Shown here piece after piece: positions 59,230 through 64,000 of a stretch of 64,000 nucleotides of DNA. Made by a program: the position numbers and the translations under genes. The number at the start of each line of letters is the position of its first letter. The first letter of the stretch is position 1. The notes under the pieces are model-generated. The model did no database searches. It was not told the DNA's origin and saw only the letters and a program-made list of their open reading frames with translations. Source of the stretch: Podarcis muralis (lineage: Eukaryota); the NCBI RefSeq assembly GCF_964188315.1, contig NC_135671.1, positions 38,192,001 to 38,256,000 on the forward strand, in the 5' to 3' direction.

Positions 59230-60857
59230 TTGGAGCAAATGATTCAGCAGAGGAAACACAACCCAGAATAACTAAGGAGATAGTACAAGAATACTTGGCT
59301 AGTCTAGATGTATTCAAGTCTCCAGGGCCAGATGAACTGCATCCAAGAGTATTAAAAGAACTGGCAGATGTGATTTCAGAACCACTGGCAGTCATCTTTG
59401 AGAATTCCTGGAGAACAGGCGAAGTCCCGGCAGACTGGAGGAGGGCAAATGTTGTCCCTATTTTCAAAAAGGGAAAAAGAGAGGACCCAAATAATTACCG
59501 CCCAGTCAGTCTGACATCAATACCAGGGAAGATTCTGGAGCAGATCATTAAGCAAACAGTCTGTGAGCACCTAGAAAGGAATGCTGTGATCACCAATAGT
59601 CAGCATGGATTTCTGAAAAATAAGTCATGTCAGACTAACCTGATCTCGTTTTTTGACAGAATTACAAGCCTGGTAGATGAAGGGAACGCAGTGGATGTAG
59701 TCTACCTTGATTTCAGCAAGGCATTTGACAAGGTGCCCCATGATATTCTTGTAAAGAAGCTGGTAAAATGCGGTCTTGACTATGCTACCACTCAGTGGAT
59801 TTGTAACTGGCTGACTGACCGAACCCAAAGGGTGCTCATCAATGGTTCCTCTTCATCCTGGAGAAGAGTGACTAGTGGGGTGCCACAGGGTTCTGTCTTG
59901 GGCCCGGCCTTATTCAACATCTTTATCAACGACTTGGATGATGGACTCAAGGGCATCCTGATCAAATTTGCAGATGACACCAAACTGGGAGGGGTGACTA
60001 ACACCCCAGAGGACAGGATCACACTTCAAAACGACCTTGACAGATTAGAGAACTGGGCCAAAACAAACAAGATGAATTTTAACAGGGAGAAATGTAAAGT
60101 ATTGCACTTGGGCAAAAAAAATGAGAGGCACAAATACAAGATGGGGGACACCTGGCTTGAGAGCAGTACATGTGAAAAGGATCTAGGAGTCTTGGTTGAC
60201 CACAAACTTGACATGAGCCAACAATGTGACGCGGCAGCTAAAAAAGCCAATGCAATTCTGGGCCTCATCAATAGGAGTATAGCATCTAGATCAAGGGAAG
60301 TAATAGTGCCACTGTATTCTGCTCTGGTCAGACCTCACCTGGAGTACTGTGTCCAGTTCTGGGCACCACAGTTCAAGAAGGACACTGACAAACTCGAACG
60401 TGTCCAGAGGAGGGCAACCAAAATGGTCAAAGGCCTGGAAACGATGCCTTATGAGGAACGGCTAAGGGAGCTGGGCATGTTTAGCCTGGAGAAGAGGAGG
60501 TTACGGGGTGATATGATAGCCATGTACAAATATATAAAAGGATGTCACATAGAGGAGGGAGAAAGGCTGTTTTCTGCTGCTCCAGAGAAGCGGACACGGA
60601 GCAATGGATCCAAACTACAAGAAAGAAGATTCCACCTAAACATTAGGAAGAACTTCCTGACAGTAAGAGCTGTTCGACAGTGGAATTTGCTGCCAAGGAG
60701 TGTGGTGGAGTCTCCTTCTTTGGAGGTCTTTAAGCAGAGGCTTGACAACCATATGTCAGGAGTGCTCTGATGGTGTTTCCTGCTTGGCAGGGGGTTGGAC
60801 TCGATGGCCCTTGTGGTCTCTTCCAACTCTATGATTCTATGATTCTATGATTCTATG
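59230..60857 (+). mobile_element. Young 5'-truncated CR1 LINE with an uninterrupted reverse-transcriptase frame
   Basis: Frame is open from 59208 to 60770 and includes [33 protein letters not shown] and FADD; (ATTCTATG)n tail. Endonuclease domain and ORF1 are absent. Confidence 0.97.
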
Positions 60858-60906
60858 ACTAGCCTAGTCTCTGTAGTCCACTGACTGCATGCCACTGCTT
60901 CCCCTC

Positions 60907-60909
<3 letters not shown>

Positions 60910-60954
<45 letters not shown>
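60910..60954. repeat. (CA)n microsatellite
   Basis: Read directly from the sequence. Confidence 0.97.
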
Positions 60955-60958
<4 letters not shown>

Positions 60959-61560
60959 GTCTCATGAAGCTGGTGCTGGACAAAGTTTCTGTGTCTCTCC
61001 CTTTGATCACTTCTGTCAGGCATCTTGGATGTATTCATTGCTCCTGTTCTTGCCCTGTTTTTCTCATAACTATCATCCAAAAAACTGCCCTGTCACATCC
61101 TCCTGAAAAACCAGTGTGGCCACCATGTTAAACTTCATTTTTGCAGGAGGGAAGCAGCCCAAAGGCCATGTGGACGGCGCTACAGGTAGCTGCCCAGTCT
61201 CCAAAGCGCACAGCCAAAGTGGAAAGTTTTTGCTCTCTTTCTCTCCCTCCCCCTCCCTGCCCCTAGTCTTGGACTGGTGTTTGTGCACTGGTGGATCTGT
61301 TTTCCCAGGCCCTGCCAGGTGATTTATCATGGCGAAAGCCGGATCCTAGCCAGGAGTAACCTTTAAAACGCTCCTTGGGCAGCCTTCCTGGCAGGGCAGT
61401 CGAGAGGAGCTCTCAATCGAGGGCCTGTTCTTTCTCTCCCTGTTGAGGGCGATTCTGGCCAGGAGCCTTGGCAGGAGGGAGGGGTCCCCCTGCTTTTTTT
61501 AACGGCAGGATGTGTTTTTCCTCCCTCTCTCTGACAAAATGTGTGTTTTTAAAGAACACA

Positions 61561-61566
61561 TTTATT
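61561..61566 (-). terminator. Candidate minus-strand AATAAA of a convergent downstream gene (SLC6A8 expected from human synteny)
   Basis: TTTATT on the plus strand at the left edge of a largely repeat-poor, UTR-like 2.4 kb block. No coding exon of that gene is visible. Confidence 0.3.
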
Positions 61567-64000
61567 GTGGACAGTGGGGAGTGGCGTTTTTTTAAACACT
61601 CCCCCCTCCACCCCCAGCCCAAAAAAGTTGGTGTTGAGCACTGGCTTCCAGCTCCCCAAACCCAACTTGTCTCTGTTCATTTCTCACATTCAGACCCTGA
61701 ACTCCTCTGTTTTGGAGCTGCCTCAACAGCTCCCCCAAATTCTTTGATGGCTGCCCCTGACAAGGAGGCTCAATGTGGTTTGCTGCCCAGCACATGATGA
61801 CAATCCCAGGGAGGAAGCGAGCCTTGAGCCCTTCTCTTCCAGCTGGCTCAGTTCCTTCTCCTCCCCTATCCCTTTTCCTAGAAATGGGAGTGTAGTTGAA
61901 TGACAACACACACACAGCTCCCAGAAGCTGAACCTCCAGGCTACATTTTAAATTCCCCTACTTGAATCTTGCCTCATTGTGCTGGTTGAGAGAAGGATCA
62001 TTTGCCCTCTTGCAACAGCTTGTTCTTGGGGGTGTGGGTGGGCGTAGGGAGCCGAAACACCAAGGGGGCAGGTCTCTCTCCCATCTCAGGTTCGCTGCAT
62101 CACACTTCTCAGTGCTGGCAGCTCCCTTGGTCTTCAGTTGCCCAGTTTGAGCAGGCTCAAGGCCTGGTAGCATGTGGTCCCTTATTGACATCCGCCCCTG
62201 GTGTGCATGTATGCGCCACCTCAATTTTGTGTGGTGTGTTGCTCATGATGCACAAATGTTTGCCCTAGGTCTTATTGCCCACCTCAGGCCTGCTCTACCT
62301 GCAAGCTGTTGTCTGTGTGTCTCCTGCTACTCCTGACTGAACTGGGAATGAAGGCCGATAGGAGTAGATGCAAGATTCAGCTTCCTGAACGCCTTTGCCC
62401 CCTCCCCACTTCTCTACGCCAAGGGTGGCCAACAAAGGTGTCCTCGAGATGTTGGACTACAACTCCTGTCATATCTGGACAATGGCCGTACTGGTTAGGG
62501 CTGAAAGGAGATGGAGTGGAAGAACATACATGTTTCTCCCTCCCTCGTTTTATCCTCACAGCAATCCTGTGAAGTAAGTCAGGCTGAGAGACTCCTCACA
62601 GGGAGCTGCATGGCCGAGGGGACATTTAAAACATCTCTCTCTCTCAGGTCTTCGTCTGACTGTCTAACTGGTACACTGCACTCCCTTAAGGATGGAAGAC
62701 ATGCTTGGAGTGGCGTGGCAATTCAACACTGTCCAGCTTCTGAGCTGATATTAAATGCCAAATGGCATTTCCCCCGCCCCCAGTTATCCCTGCAGAAATG
62801 GGCTTCTGTGGGAAAAAATGGGGAAATCTGGGGCTTTATTTTATTTAACGATGGGACAGTAAAGATGGGAGTTCACAGTTTTTCAGTAGGCCTCTTCTGC
62901 AGGGGAAAATGTTTTTGTATATATATTTATTTAAACATTTAAAAGCACAGTGCAGTTGCATGTCATTCAGTGGCCCACATGTGCCAGCATGCAATTGAGT
63001 ACTGCAACTAAGATTTCAGGGTGGCATTTTAAGCAGAGCTGACCTTTGTTTCAAGCTGAGGGCTTTGGACTGGAAATCCCACCAACCTTGGCCTCAGCTC
63101 TAGCCTGAAGTACTACAAGTGGACTGTATTGCAGGACTGTTGTGAGGTTCTTTCAGAAGCAGCCTGTGGGGAAAATTACGAGGGTTTTAGGCAAGGCAGT
63201 TTTTCAAATGGGTACAAAACAAACTGCATTCTTGAGGTGAAACAGAACCTGAGTCAGAGCGTGAATTCCTCTCTTTGCTGCTACCTCTTGTTTATGAGTG
63301 GCTGCACTGCTGCCTAATCACAGCTGTGCTACAATCCTGGATTCTTTTATTTCATATTATTATTATTATGATGTTTTATACCTTGGAGACCGAGGAGATG
63401 GTGGCGGGAAGGTAGTCTCAGGGCCTGGTTTGACAGCATGTGATTCTAAGCAGGCCTGGGCCTGGCCTGTGTCTGCATTGGGCGACCGGCTGGGAACCAC
63501 ATGGAGGCCACTTGTGAGTTCCATGATGGAAGAAATGTATTGAAATAAAATAGTGGGTTGTCACTCCAGTATGTCTTGTCTTTATGAGGAAATCCTGTTT
63601 CCCCAGAAACTATTGGAGAAGCTGGAGAAAGGAGAGGCAGAAAACGGCTCATGGTAGCTGTTTGGAATAATGGGATTAGGATTTAAAGTTTTGAAAAAGC
63701 TGGTGGCGGCAGCCATAGCCATTGGTTCCCTCATGTCTAGTTTGGCTGTCAGAGGGCTTATCTATACCTACTTTTCCTCCACGCTTTCCAGGCACTTTCC
63801 TCTCATAGCCATTTCCCCCCCTCTTTCCAGGCTCAGGTCTGAGCTTTAAAGCTGCGTGTCTGAGCACACTTTTTTCACTCTGCACTTTGCCCCATGAAAA
63901 CCCTCCCTTTACTGCAGAAATAGACACGAAGCTTTGAAGCGTGAACCTGTGCCTGGAGAGAGCAGGGCAAAAAGTGCGAATAAGCCCAGAGTGAGGGCAA

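Noticed and set aside
59295-60770. Host reverse-transcriptase gene or autonomous element
   Set aside because: 5'-truncated CR1 lacking promoter, ORF1 and endonuclease; near-identical to another copy in the window.

Overview
Vertebrate genomic DNA. The repeat content (Sauria SINEs, Squam3-like SINEs, BovB, CR1, L2, RTE) points to a squamate reptile, most likely a lacertid lizard; this is an inference. The window holds two head-to-head genes. ABCD1 (peroxisomal ABC half-transporter, minus strand) is represented by coding exons 1-3 (12167-11229, 6073-5893, 3389-3247) and continues off the left edge. BCAP31 (plus strand) is complete: seven coding exons from 23740 to 57383 give a 247-aa protein ending in KKEE, with a probable non-coding exon 1 in the CpG island at about 19.7-20.96 kb. 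Exon lengths match the human genes except ABCD1 exon 1 (939 vs 900 coding nt) and BCAP31 exon 6 (127 vs 124 nt). The rest is intronic or intergenic DNA rich in SINEs, truncated LINEs, hAT and Tc1/mariner MITEs and microsatellites. I found no prokaryotic-type system, CRISPR array, viral insertion or third protein-coding gene. The most interesting observations are: the mammalian shared ABCD1/BCAP31 promoter appears split into two promoters about 7.5 kb apart; the first caspase-8 site of BAP31 is absent; a MITE carries a compact promoter-motif cassette; a perfect 28-bp palindrome surrounds an E2F core; several nested or inverted SINE pairs could form dsRNA; and two young CR1 copies in inverted orientation bracket the locus. 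All alignments and counts were done by eye, and repeat boundaries are approximate unless a target-site duplication (TSD) is given.
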